35,784 nucleotides of DNA from Euryarchaeota archaeon RBG_19FT_COMBO_69_17 (lineage in GTDB: Archaea; Thermoplasmatota; Thermoplasmata; RBG-16-68-12). How positions within the stretch are numbered: the first letter of the stretch is position 1; the number at the start of each line of letters is the position of its first letter. Location of the stretch: NCBI GenBank assembly GCA_001800825.1, contig MGWD01000065.1:26029-61812 (forward strand), read 5' to 3'. The notes below the pieces were generated by a model, which saw only the letters and a list, made by a program, of their open reading frames with translations, was not told the origin of the DNA and searched no databases. The position numbers and the translations under genes are program-made. Shown in pieces: positions 8,901 through 17,415 of this stretch.

Positions 8901-9742
8901 GTGTCGCAAAGGCGGGAATCACCGCCGTCCTGCAGGCCCGATGCGCCGTCTTGGCCGCGGCGAATCCGAAGTTCGGCAGGTTCGACGAACACAAGTACAT
9001 CTCGGAACAAATCGACCTCCCACCTACGCTTTTGTCGAGACTAGATGTTATCTTCTCGATGATCGACCGACCGGAGGCGGAAAGGGATCGGCAGCTCGCG
9101 CAGCACATCCTGAAGGGACACCGAGTCGGAGAAATCGTCAAACGTCGCGAGGAGGGGTCCAGTACCCCCGAAATGAAAGAGCTTGAGGAGCCGTACACTC
9201 CCTACTTCAGCCCGGACTTCCTACGCAAATATGTCGCCTACGCGAAGCGGATTTACCCCGTGATGACGGATGAGGCCATGACCGCGATCGAGCGGAAGTA
9301 CCTCGAGATCCGCAAGACGGGGGAAGCCGCCGGGTCGAGCGTCCCCATTACCCCGCGACAGCTCGAGGCCATTATCCGCCTTTCCGAAGCGAGCGCGCGC
9401 CTGCGCTTGAGCAACGAAGTCACCGTCGATGACGCAGACCGCGCCGTCCGGATCGTCGAGTACTGGATGGGCAAGGTCGCTGGAGAGGAGGGGCGGTTCG
9501 ACATCGACATCATCCAAACGGGGATCAGCCAGTCCCAGCGCGAACAGATCATCTCCCTGCGGGACATCATCAGCGAGCTCGCCGGACCGGAGGGCGTCGC
9601 GGACTATGAGGACATCGTCCGGGTGGCCCAAGACCGCGGGATCCCGCCCGCGAAGGTCGACGCCTGGCTCAAGCGGTGGGCCCAGGAAGGGGAGATCTAC
9701 AGCCCCGTGAAGAACAAGTACAAGCTCGTCGAGCGGTTGTAG
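5984..9742 (+). CDS. mcm: Replicative MCM helicase, intein-containing (alternative start GTG 6032)
   Basis: Zn finger CLRC...CYEEQGGC, Walker A GDPGTAKS, GLTASAVRD...WTLEAGALVLAD, Walker B CIDELDKM after the intein, sensor 1 AAANP, arginine finger LLSRLD, ITPRQLE and a C-terminal winged helix. Confidence 0.97.
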   Translation: MTTPDLARDEPRRGRGVLIEYPQEELIAKWEDFFEEMGYQSRIISVADRYPEERTLEVPFDDLNRFDTDMAIFLMRHPLNALTAGEEAVRRLVPPGEEALQIHLRIKGLPRDRRIQIRDLRAKHLGQYIAVEGLVRKSTEVRPRVVGALFQCLRCGTILKEEQDGQNFREPLECYEEQGGCKRSASATKFKLLTETSLYLDTQKLEIQEAPEGLRGGEEPQRLTAYVEDDLTGRITPGQRVVLNGVLRSVQKGRPGAKSTLFDIFTDVNSVEMEQVEFEEIEVTEEDVRLIRVAGMNPDIVRMMVNSIAPSIYGLHMEKEALALQLFSGVAKVMPDGRRIRGDIHILLVGDPGTAKSELLSYMSRLSPRGIYATGKAATAAGLTASAVRDEFGEGRWTLEAGALVLADKGLACLHPDARVFVNGAPRRIGEIFDEARVVTATSRGRALELSPLGVRTTSLDLELMSASRPVVPFVARRRYTGPILRVLLDSGFELRLTPDHLVLEGSRLEWMRLQDIPPTGRLVAVQKLPSESAPVSLLDILPDDWIVQLAADQRRELRSLFSQRYSSLAEVNRAYGLRREALARRDAIRVGQLRRILRDLGLYETWKDRPLAFGRTSSTERLRVARITPELGYLLGFILGDGHVAVSKRRSSIGIFQSRVNLRQIQQILRLTKAVTSRPWGMHAREMRSEIRGQRVRTSSYHMHRSSNLLAFVYSWLTRDDCANLLRLDDEALRGFLAGVVDADGCISIRRSAKAGRTYENADVELLISGSRDLNLTLMHALRRFDIFARLREGAAVHRIQITARGDVSRLLECISPYSVKWKRIPHRRTRITGQHDEAPAVVVQRLLREIQPQPYRLLDKGLWSTYHDYRRGLRRPRKEPLAKLTHALRRWCSKEQYERLIALSRNDYALDRIRQVHVEEYDGYVYDLRVPTGESFLCDGVVVHNCIDELDKMNPQDRSAIHEALEQQRISVAKAGITAVLQARCAVLAAANPKFGRFDEHKYISEQIDLPPTLLSRLDVIFSMIDRPEAERDRQLAQHILKGHRVGEIVKRREEGSSTPEMKELEEPYTPYFSPDFLRKYVAYAKRIYPVMTDEAMTAIERKYLEIRKTGEAAGSSVPITPRQLEAIIRLSEASARLRLSNEVTVDDADRAVRIVEYWMGKVAGEEGRFDIDIIQTGISQSQREQIISLRDIISELAGPEGVADYEDIVRVAQDRGIPPAKVDAWLKRWAQEGEIYSPVKNKYKLVERL
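7220..8824 (+). mobile_element. 535-aa intein with LAGLIDADG homing endonuclease in MCM
   Basis: Begins CLHPDARV after LADKGLA; block B LTPDH; LAGLIDADG motifs LLGFILGDG and FLAGVVDADG; ends YVYDLRV...VVHN with +1 Cys. Removal restores LADKGLA/CIDELDKM. Confidence 0.96.
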
Positions 9743-9782
9743 GAACGCACTTATCGCCCGCGGCTCATCCCAAGGCCAGCCC

Positions 9783-10082
9783 ATGCCGATCCGGATGAAG
9801 GTGTACCGCCAGGGGACGGAGATCCTCGTGGCGGCCGCAGACGCGGACCTCATCGGGAGGACGTTCCGCGAGGGGAAGTTCAAGATCGAGGTAGGCCGGT
9901 TCTACGAAGGGGACGTCGTGAGCGAGGAGGCTTTCCTCGAGCAGCTCGAGGGCGCGACGATCGGCAACTTCGTCGGCCGGGAGACGATCGAGGCCGCGAA
10001 GAAGGGCGGATACGCGAGCGACGAGGGGACCCTGTGGATCGGCGGGGTGCCCCACGCGCAGTACATCCTCGTGGTCGGATGA
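9783..10082 (+). CDS. DUF424 family protein
   Basis: LVAAADADLIG...FY.G...ATIGNFVG...IGGVPHAQ pattern typical of archaeal DUF424. Confidence 0.85.
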   Translation: MPIRMKVYRQGTEILVAAADADLIGRTFREGKFKIEVGRFYEGDVVSEEAFLEQLEGATIGNFVGRETIEAAKKGGYASDEGTLWIGGVPHAQYILVVG

Positions 10083-10098
10083 CGCTCCGCGGGTCGGG

Positions 10099-10659
10099 TT
10101 ACGTGCGGGACGCGCGGCGGCCGTTCCGCCGGGACGACCGCCGGGACGGACTTCGGGATCTCCGCCACCGCCGCCAGGCGGTCCGCGCGTGCTTCTTGAG
10201 CAGGAGGGCGTACTGGCCCATGAGAGTGTGGGTCGCGAGGCCGAGTAGGACCCCGATCCCCGTGAGGGTCGTCGTGAGGAACTCGAGGAAGGGGATTGGG
10301 CTGCCCGCGGTCAGGGTGTGGTACGCGAGGCGGCTCGCGAAGCCCAGGGACGTCAGGCCGATCCCGAGGCCGACGAAGAACCGGCCCCGTGGAATCCGCC
10401 CCTGGAGGAAGTACCAGCCGCCGAGGAGGACGAGGACGGCCCCGAACGCGGTCGTGAACCCGAGGACCGCGAGGAAGCCATAGAGCAGGAAGAGGGGCGG
10501 GTTCGCGAGGTGGGGCGCGAGGTACTGCGCGTAGATCGCCACGAGGACGGGGTTGGAGAGCTCCCCCGCGAGGAGGAAGGAGGCGCTCAGGACGCACAGG
10601 GCGACCGCGTCCCGGTGCTTAATCCTCCGCTTCTGCCACCAGGACTTCGCCCGGGCCAT
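10099..10659 (-). CDS. Hypothetical membrane protein (about 4 TM helices, Arg-rich C-terminal tail)
   Basis: Four hydrophobic segments. ATG 10659 has a TATA-like CATAAGTA about 30 nt upstream; the longer start in the track overlaps the NMD3 promoter. Confidence 0.7.
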   Translation of the reverse strand: MARAKSWWQKRRIKHRDAVALCVLSASFLLAGELSNPVLVAIYAQYLAPHLANPPLFLLYGFLAVLGFTTAFGAVLVLLGGWYFLQGRIPRGRFFVGLGIGLTSLGFASRLAYHTLTAGSPIPFLEFLTTTLTGIGVLLGLATHTLMGQYALLLKKHARTAWRRWRRSRSPSRRSSRRNGRRASRT

Positions 10660-10771
10660 GGACCCGCGGGCGACGACCGCGCGGCTACTTATGGCCTTGC
10701 GTCCCGCTATCATCCCCCGCGGGGCCGGGAGCCAGCGCTTAAGTAGCGCGGGGACGTTCGAATCCCCGTCC

Positions 10772-11803
10772 ATGTTCTGCGTCGAGTGCGGGCGGGAGGG
10801 CCCGACGACGGGGGGCCTGTGCCCCGCGTGCTTCGCGAGGAAACATCCCCTCGTGGACCCTCCGCCCCACGTGGACGTGCCGCGATGCCAGGCGTGTGGG
10901 TCGCTCCTCGTCGGGTCAACGTGGACGCGGGCCGAGCTAGATCAGGCGGTCCCCACGATCCTGCGCGCGAAGGTCCCGGGCCGCCCGCCCTTCGCCCGGG
11001 TCCGCTTCACCCACGTGGCGCGGGAGGAGGACGCGAACAACTTCGCCCTCACGGTGAAGGCCTCCACGAGCCACGAGGGCCTGGAGCTCGTCCAGGACTT
11101 CCACACCCGCCTCCGCCTCAAGCCCTCCCTCTGCGACCCCTGCGCGAAGCAGCGGAGCCGGTATTTTGAGGGGATCGTCCAGGTGCGGGCGGAGGACCGC
11201 GGCCTGACCCCGGGGGAGCTGCGCGCCGTCCGGACGTTCGTCCAGGCCCGCGTGGACCGCGCGGCGCGCGAGTCGTCCGAGTTCCTCTCCCGCGTGGAGG
11301 CGACCCACGGCGGCCTCGACTTCTACGTGAGCTCGAACGCGCTCGGGAAGGTCCTCGCCCGGGAACTCGCGTCCGCGTTCGGGGGGACCTTGACGACGTC
11401 GTCGAAGCTGTTCGGTCAGAAGCAGGGGAAGGAGGTGTACCGGGTGACGAGCCTCGTCCGCCTGTCCGCGTTCCGCCCGGGGGACGTCGTGCGGCGCAAG
11501 GGCGCCCTCTCCGAGGTCACGAAGGTCGCGACGTTCCTCGTCCTCCGGGATCTCGTGTCAGGGGAGGAGCGACGGTTCCGGCCGAGGGACCTACGCGGGG
11601 CCGTCCGCGTGGACGCGGAGCGCTTCGCCGCGGACCTCGAGCCGGCGGACGCCGACGACGCGGTCGTCGCGACCCATCCCGAGACCGGAGCCCAGCGCGC
11701 CGTCACGTCCCGCGGTCCCCTGAAGCGGGGCCGGGCCGTCGTCGTTTGGACCGCGGACGCGGCCTTCCTGTCCGCCCTCCCGGGGGACCCCTCGAAGGGT
11801 TAA
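10772..11803 (+). CDS. nmd3: NMD3-family protein (60S export adaptor homolog)
   Basis: MFCVECG...LCPAC...CQACG...CDPC...YFEGIVQVR and GGLDFY...SSKLFGQKQGK motifs; TTAAGTA at 10739-10745 supports ATG 10772. Confidence 0.9.
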   Translation: MFCVECGREGPTTGGLCPACFARKHPLVDPPPHVDVPRCQACGSLLVGSTWTRAELDQAVPTILRAKVPGRPPFARVRFTHVAREEDANNFALTVKASTSHEGLELVQDFHTRLRLKPSLCDPCAKQRSRYFEGIVQVRAEDRGLTPGELRAVRTFVQARVDRAARESSEFLSRVEATHGGLDFYVSSNALGKVLARELASAFGGTLTTSSKLFGQKQGKEVYRVTSLVRLSAFRPGDVVRRKGALSEVTKVATFLVLRDLVSGEERRFRPRDLRGAVRVDAERFAADLEPADADDAVVATHPETGAQRAVTSRGPLKRGRAVVVWTADAAFLSALPGDPSKG

Positions 11804-11828
11804 AGGCGACGGGGCCCTTGCCCGGGCG

Positions 11829-12524
11829 ATGAAGGTGCCCGTGGGCGTCCGGGCCCTCGACGACCTCCTGGGGGGAGGGCTCGAGGACGGTTGCATCACC
11901 CTCCTCCACGGGGAGGCGGGGAGCGGGAAGACGAACCTCTGCCTCCAGGTCGCCCGGAACGCCGTGCGCCTGGGGAAGAAGGTCATCTACATCGACACGG
12001 AAGGGGTGAGCCTCGAGCGGCTGCGGCAGATCTGCGGGGACGACTTCGACGTCGTCGTGAGGAACATCCTGTTCTCCGAGCCGTACACGTTCGACGAGCA
12101 GGAGAGCCTCATCGAGAAGGCCGTGAAGCTCGCGGCGAGCAAGGAGGACGTCGGGCTCATCGTAATCGACAGCGTGACGATGCACTACCGCCTCACGATG
12201 AAGGACGAGACGCGCCGGGACGAGCGTCACTCCCTCACACGGCAGATCGCGCGGCTCCTCAAGGTGTCCCGGGAGCGCGGAATCCCCGTCCTCCTGACGT
12301 CCCAGGTGTACACGGACCTCGACTCGGGGCGGTTCCTGCCCCTGGGCGGGCACATGCTGAGCCACAACGCGAAGGCGATCGTCCGCCTCGAGAAGGCAGG
12401 GCCGAGCGCGCGGCTCGCGGTCCTCGAGAAGCATCGGTTCAAAGAGGAGGGCGGGAGGGCCCCGTTCCGGATCACGGGGCGCGGACTCGAGGACTATGGG
12501 CCGGACGGCGGACGCCCGGCGTAG
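11829..12524 (+). CDS. radB: DNA repair and recombination protein RadB
   Basis: LDDLLGGG, Walker A GEAGSGKT, YIDTEG, VIDS, PLGGHML and the RadB-specific KHR motif; lacks the RadA N-terminal domain. Confidence 0.93.
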   Translation: MKVPVGVRALDDLLGGGLEDGCITLLHGEAGSGKTNLCLQVARNAVRLGKKVIYIDTEGVSLERLRQICGDDFDVVVRNILFSEPYTFDEQESLIEKAVKLAASKEDVGLIVIDSVTMHYRLTMKDETRRDERHSLTRQIARLLKVSRERGIPVLLTSQVYTDLDSGRFLPLGGHMLSHNAKAIVRLEKAGPSARLAVLEKHRFKEEGGRAPFRITGRGLEDYGPDGGRPA

Positions 12525-12742
12525 TGCCGGAGGAGCTCTTCCGCGTACGTCTTGGCCTGGGCGTAGTCCCCCGCCTCGAAGGCCGCCCGGGCGCGCTTCA
12601 GCGTCTCCCGGTCCGCCCGCACGTCGGCGCCGCGATCACGCGCCTCCTTCGCGGCCTCGAGGGCCCGGGTCATCGGCTCGAGCGCCTGCAACCTCGCCGC
12701 CTGAACAACGGGATCGGGGGGCGGCCGTCGGAACCACTTCAC
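12494..12742 (-). CDS. Small helical hypothetical protein
   Basis: 82 aa, amphipathic helical composition (AKEAR..GADV...ARAAFEAGDY..A), GTG start with an AT-rich box about 28 nt upstream. Confidence 0.6.
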   Translation of the reverse strand: MKWFRRPPPDPVVQAARLQALEPMTRALEAAKEARDRGADVRADRETLKRARAAFEAGDYAQAKTYAEELLRHYAGRPPSGP

Positions 12743-12790
12743 GGGGGGAGATGGCGATGGAGAGGCGATGAAGCTTGCCTCGCCCGAACG

Positions 12791-13909
12791 TCACCGCACC
12801 CGCGTGCGCTGGGCGTCGAGGAGCGCGTCGAGGAGGTCCCTCGCGGCGGAATCGAGGGGCGGGATCCGGTCGAGGGCCTCCCGCGCGAGGCGCAGGTTCT
12901 CCGAAATCCGGGCCTCCATGACCGGGAGGACGTGGTCCCGGAGGAGCCTTCGGATGAGGGCGATGTCCGCCTTCGTCGATCGACGTCCGCGGCCGTAGGC
13001 CCGCAGGAACGACGCGCGGTCCTTCCCGCGTAGGCGGTCGAGGGCGAGAACGTACAGGCGCGTGCGCTTGCCCTGGCGGATGTCCCCCTCCGAGGATCCG
13101 CCGATCCGGGAGGCGACGACCCCGGACCCGAGGAGGTCGTCCCGGTCTTGGAAGGCAATCGCGAACCGGAGGGCATACTCCTCGAGGGCCTGGCGGGCCC
13201 CGAGACCCGCGCCCGCCGCGATCGCCGCCGTGGCGGCGGCCCCGAGGTACAGCCTCGCGGTCTTCGCCTCGCTCATCTGCACGTAGTCGGCCTCGGGCAC
13301 GCGGTCGAGGATCTCGAAGTCGATATCGAGCCCCTGCCCATCGCTCAGGACGAGGTCCACGTCCGTGAGCTCGGAGAGCAGGGCCACGCGCACGGAGGAC
13401 GGCAGGTCCTCCGCGCCCTGGATCGCCCGCTCCGCGAGGGACCGGATCCGGAGGGCGTCGAGGATCGCCTGGGACGCGCCGTACCGATGGCGGCGGGTGC
13501 GGAAGACGACCGCGGGCTTCGAGGCGTCGGCCCCCCGGTAGAGGCGGGCGTTCGCGGCCCAGGCGCTCGGGAGCGTGCGTCGCCGCTCGTCCTCGTCCAT
13601 GATGTCGTCGAGGAACAACGTGTAGAGGTGGTACCACTCGAGCCAGGTCGCCGCCCGTTCGAGGGACGAGGAGGGCGGCGTGCCCGAAAGGAGCCGGTAC
13701 CCTGCGAGGGCGAGGGCGTAGCGGTACCGCTTGCCCGCGAAGAAGAGCCGCGCGTTCGAGCGGAGGGTCCTCGACGACGGGTGCTTGGAGCCGGGGTGGT
13801 CCGCCGTGAACTCGTCCCAGATCGCGGCGAGGTGGGCGTTCGACGCGTCCCGGTGCGGCCGGAGGAGGGCCTCGAGCCGCTCCCCGGCGGACCCGCCGTC
13901 GGACGGCAT
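12791..13909 (-). CDS. Polyprenyl diphosphate synthase (probable GGPP synthase)
   Basis: GKRYR, first Asp-rich motif LFLDDIMDEDERRR, GQGLDI, KTA, second motif FQDRDDLL and DIRQGKRT; lies directly downstream of fni. Confidence 0.88.
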   Translation of the reverse strand: MPSDGGSAGERLEALLRPHRDASNAHLAAIWDEFTADHPGSKHPSSRTLRSNARLFFAGKRYRYALALAGYRLLSGTPPSSSLERAATWLEWYHLYTLFLDDIMDEDERRRTLPSAWAANARLYRGADASKPAVVFRTRRHRYGASQAILDALRIRSLAERAIQGAEDLPSSVRVALLSELTDVDLVLSDGQGLDIDFEILDRVPEADYVQMSEAKTARLYLGAAATAAIAAGAGLGARQALEEYALRFAIAFQDRDDLLGSGVVASRIGGSSEGDIRQGKRTRLYVLALDRLRGKDRASFLRAYGRGRRSTKADIALIRRLLRDHVLPVMEARISENLRLAREALDRIPPLDSAARDLLDALLDAQRTRVR

Positions 13910-13913
13910 GGGC

Positions 13914-14987
13914 TCAGCCCTCGTCCGCGAGCTCGAGCCAGTCCGCCGTGGGCCGGGCGACGACCGCGTGCCGCTCCCGGAGCTCCTCGATCGACGAGGC
14001 CCCCGTAAGGAACATCGCGGCCTTGAGCTCCTCGACGACCCCGCGGAGCTCTGCGGCGACGGCCTCGGGGGAGGCCTTCGCGGCCTCGAGGAGGGGCCTC
14101 GCCATGCCCGAGGCCGTCGCGCCGAGGGCGATGCCCTTCGCCACGTCGAGTCCCGTGCGGACCCCGCCCGTGGCGACGATGGGCAGGCCGACGTCCGAAA
14201 GGACGACGCTCGCGGGGGTCGGGATCCCCCAGTTCCAGAACGTGGCCCCGAGGCGCTCCTTCATCGTGGACGCCTCCTTCCGGGCGCGGTAGTACTCGAC
14301 CGCGCTGAACGAGGTCCCGCCAAGGCCGCCGACGTCGATCGCCTTCACGCCGGCTTTCTTCAAGGCGAGGGCCGTCCGCCGGGAGATGCCCGCGCCCGTC
14401 TCCTTCGCCATCACGGGGAAGCGGGCCGCGAGGGCCTTGACCGCGGAGAGGACGCCCCGGGCCCGGCGGTCCCCTTCGGGCTGGACGACCTCCTGGAGGA
14501 AGTTGAGGTGGACGATGAGGGCGTGGGCCCCGACCATGTCCATCGCCCGCTTCGCGTCGGCGGGCCCGTACGCGCGCTTCGCCCCCTGGGGAACGAGCTG
14601 GGGCGCGCCGAGGTTCGCGAAGCGCAGGGGGACGGCGTGGTCCTTGACGACCGCGTACGTGTCCTCGAGCTCGGGTTTCTCGAGGGCCGCGCGCTGGGAC
14701 CCGACGCCCATCGCGACGCCGACCTCCGCGGCCCCGCGGGCGAGGTTCTCGTTGATCTCCCGCCCCATCCCGAAGCCCCCGGTCATCGAGGAAATCACGA
14801 GGGGCGCCTCGAGCCGGCGGCCGAGGAGCTTCACGGACGTGTCGATATCGTCCAGGTCGATCTCCGGGAGGGCCTCGTGGACGAGCCGCACGTCGTTCCA
14901 GAAGTTGTACTCCGCGGAGACGTTCTCCTCGAGGATGATGTTCACATGCTCCGCCTTCCGCTGCTCCGTCCTCGAGGGCTCCGCCAT
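13914..14987 (-). CDS. fni: Type 2 (FMN-dependent) isopentenyl-diphosphate delta-isomerase
   Basis: RKAEH, SSMTGG, MGVGSQR, ANLG, HLNFLQEVVQPEGD, KETGAG, GGTSF, WGIPT and TGGVRTG motifs. Confidence 0.95.
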   Translation of the reverse strand: MAEPSRTEQRKAEHVNIILEENVSAEYNFWNDVRLVHEALPEIDLDDIDTSVKLLGRRLEAPLVISSMTGGFGMGREINENLARGAAEVGVAMGVGSQRAALEKPELEDTYAVVKDHAVPLRFANLGAPQLVPQGAKRAYGPADAKRAMDMVGAHALIVHLNFLQEVVQPEGDRRARGVLSAVKALAARFPVMAKETGAGISRRTALALKKAGVKAIDVGGLGGTSFSAVEYYRARKEASTMKERLGATFWNWGIPTPASVVLSDVGLPIVATGGVRTGLDVAKGIALGATASGMARPLLEAAKASPEAVAAELRGVVEELKAAMFLTGASSIEELRERHAVVARPTADWLELADEG

Positions 14988-14988
14988 T

Positions 14989-15768
14989 TCAGGGGCCTCC
15001 GACCACGCGCGTTCCCGCGACGGGCCGACCGCGCACGGCATCCCGGACGCGGTTCTTTACGTTACCGTTGACGATCATCGCCTCCCCCGCATGGGACGCG
15101 ATCTCGAGCATCCGGCGGACCTTCCCCTCGATGCTCCCCGTGACGTCCGGGATGCCCGCGGGGGTGAAGTCGATCCCGTCGAGGTCCGAAGCCCGCACGG
15201 ACTCGAGGAGCCTCACGTCCCTCCGGCGCTTCGGGTCCGCGGTGAAGAGGCCGTCCACGTCCGCGACGAAGACCGCGCGGGTGGGCCGGAACGCCTTCGC
15301 GAGTTCGAGCATGAGGACATCCCCCGAGCAGATCGCAAGGCCGCGGGTGCGGTCCCGCACGACGTCCCCGAAGGTGACCGGCGTGAGGCCGAGGACGACA
15401 TAGTCCCGGAACGCCTTCCAATCGAACGAGGCCACCCGGCCGTCGTCCATCGACAGGAGGGCGGACGGCGGCAGGGACACGGGGGCCAGGCCAGCCTTCA
15501 GGAGGGCGTCGACGACGAGGGCGTCGAGGACCTTCACATCCCGCTGGACCCGCGCGCCCGCGGCGAGCTGGTCCTTGCCGAGGAACGCGTCCCCGAGGCG
15601 ATGGCGGCGGGCGAGGATGTGGCCGAAGGACCCGGCGCCGTGGACGACGAAGAGGGACTCCGGGGCCCCGGCGAGCTCCTTCGCGAGCCGGGCGATCGCG
15701 GCCTTCCGGGCCACGCGGAGGCGCGCCTTGTCCGTGAGGACGCTCCCGCCCAGCTTCACGAGGATCAT
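14989..15768 (-). CDS. ipk: Isopentenyl phosphate kinase
   Basis: KLGGSVLTDK, VHGAGSFGH (IPK signature His), GDVV, SGD and DVTG motifs; adjacent to fni. Confidence 0.93.
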   Translation of the reverse strand: MILVKLGGSVLTDKARLRVARKAAIARLAKELAGAPESLFVVHGAGSFGHILARRHRLGDAFLGKDQLAAGARVQRDVKVLDALVVDALLKAGLAPVSLPPSALLSMDDGRVASFDWKAFRDYVVLGLTPVTFGDVVRDRTRGLAICSGDVLMLELAKAFRPTRAVFVADVDGLFTADPKRRRDVRLLESVRASDLDGIDFTPAGIPDVTGSIEGKVRRMLEIASHAGEAMIVNGNVKNRVRDAVRGRPVAGTRVVGGP

Positions 15769-15846
15769 GGACGGGGCCGGCGACGGACCGGCCCGCACTT
15801 AACCCTTTCCCGGGAGGCGGGCGGGCCCGCGGAAGGTCGCGAAGGA

Positions 15847-15854
15847 TTATATAG
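15847..15854 (+). promoter_or_regulatory. TATA box of rpl10e (a divergent ipk TATA lies at 15797-15804 on the minus strand)
   Basis: TTATATAG preceded by purine-rich CGAAGGA, about 28 nt before ATG 15882. Confidence 0.7.
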
Positions 15855-15881
15855 AGCCCCCTCCTTCGAGCGCCTCCTGCC

Positions 15882-16391
15882 ATGACGCGCAAGCCCGCGA
15901 GCATGTACCGCGAGATCCGGGGCCAGGCGTACACCCGGAAGGAGTACATGGGCGGCGTCCCCGGGATCCGGATCAGCCAGTTCGACATCGGCGACCTCCG
16001 GACGACGTTCCCCGTGAAGATCCACCTCGTCGCGAAGGAGCAGTGCCAGATCCGGCACATCGCCCTCGAGGCGGCCCGCGTGAGCGCGAACCGGTACATC
16101 GCGAAGAAGGCGGGGAACGGGTACCACCTGAAGCTCCGCGTGTACCCGCACAACGTCCTGCGGGAGAACAAGATCGCGACGGGGGCGGGCGCGGACCGGA
16201 TCTCGGAGGGGATGCGGGCGGCCTTCGGCGCGCCGACGGGGACGGCGGCCCGCGTGCACCCGGGCACGAAGATCTTCACGATCAGCACGACGGAGGACCA
16301 CGTGGACGACGCCAAAGAGGCCCTCCGCAAGTGCGGCGTGAAGCTGCCGACGCCCTGGCGGCTCGAGATCGAGCGCCCCCCCAAGAAGTAG
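15882..16391 (+). CDS. rpl10e: 50S ribosomal protein uL16 (L10e)
   Basis: RKPASMYR...[17 protein letters not shown] and [36 protein letters not shown] motifs. Confidence 0.97.
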   Translation: MTRKPASMYREIRGQAYTRKEYMGGVPGIRISQFDIGDLRTTFPVKIHLVAKEQCQIRHIALEAARVSANRYIAKKAGNGYHLKLRVYPHNVLRENKIATGAGADRISEGMRAAFGAPTGTAARVHPGTKIFTISTTEDHVDDAKEALRKCGVKLPTPWRLEIERPPKK

Positions 16392-16443
16392 GCGGGGCCG
16401 AGGGCGCAGGTTTTTCTCATCCGGCGCGTGTCGTCGGGAGCCC

Positions 16444-17415
16444 ATGGACGAGACGGCACGCCTCCTCGAGGTCATCCGAGGCCGCAATGCGAAGACCGTG
16501 GGCCTCCAGTTCCCCGTCGGGCTGAGGACGAAGGCGGTCGACCTCGCGCGGGAGATCGAGGAGGCGGCGGGCGTCACGTGCCTCGTGTCCGCGGACCCCT
16601 CCTTCGGGGCGTGTGACGTCCCCGAGATGCCCGTGGACCTCATCGTCCACCTGGGCCATGCGCCCATGCCGCACCTCCGGTACGAACGGGTGTTCTTCTA
16701 CGACCTCCCGGGCCCGGCCTTGGAGTCTCTCGCGTTCGTCGACGCCGCCCTGCCGCTCCTCCCGAAGCGGGTCGGCCTCCTGACGACGACCCAGTTCCGG
16801 GGATGGCTCCCGAAGATCAAAGAGCACCTCGAGTCGAAGGGGCACGAGGTCCGAATCGGGGAGCCCGACCGCCGGGTCGCGTACGCGGGCCAGCTCTTGG
16901 GCTGCGACTACCACACCGCGACGGCCGTCGCGGGCGACGTCGACGGATACCTGTACATCGGCACGGGGGACTTCCACCCCCTCGGGGTCGCGATGCTCGT
17001 CGACAAGCCTGTCGCCATCGCGGACCCGGAGCGGGGGACCGCGCGGACCCTCGCGGATCTCAAGGACCGCGTCGTGCGGCAGCGCCACGCGGCGATCGCC
17101 CGCGCCCACGACGCCCGGACGTTCGGGATCATCGTCTCCCGGAAGACCGGTCAGGCCCGGATGGAGCTCGCACGGGACCTCAAGGGGCTCGCGGAGACGC
17201 ACGGCAAGGCCGCGCAGATTTTCCTGATGGACCTCGTGGCCCCGGAGTTCCTCGAGGGGTACCGCGTGGACGCCTGGGTCAACACGGCGTGCCCGAGGAT
17301 CGCGATCGAGGACGTCCTCCAGTACAAGCGGCCCATGCTGACGCCCCAGGAGTTCGAGATCGTCCTCGGGCAGCGGGCCTGGGAGGACTACGTCTTCGAC
17401 GAGATCCGGGCGTGA
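16444..17415 (+). CDS. dph2: Diphthamide biosynthesis enzyme Dph2 (2-(3-amino-3-carboxypropyl)histidine synthase)
   Basis: LQFPVGL, FGACD, GQLLGC, G.FH and NTACPRI motifs, giving the three Fe-S cysteines. Confidence 0.95.
   Translation: MDETARLLEVIRGRNAKTVGLQFPVGLRTKAVDLAREIEEAAGVTCLVSADPSFGACDVPEMPVDLIVHLGHAPMPHLRYERVFFYDLPGPALESLAFVDAALPLLPKRVGLLTTTQFRGWLPKIKEHLESKGHEVRIGEPDRRVAYAGQLLGCDYHTATAVAGDVDGYLYIGTGDFHPLGVAMLVDKPVAIADPERGTARTLADLKDRVVRQRHAAIARAHDARTFGIIVSRKTGQARMELARDLKGLAETHGKAAQIFLMDLVAPEFLEGYRVDAWVNTACPRIAIEDVLQYKRPMLTPQEFEIVLGQRAWEDYVFDEIRA

Noticed and set aside
10750-10768. GGGGACGTTCGAATCCCCG resembles a tRNA T-arm
   Set aside because: No 5-bp stem closes a 7-nt TTCGAAT loop and there is no D, anticodon or acceptor arm; it lies between the nmd3 TATA box and start codon.
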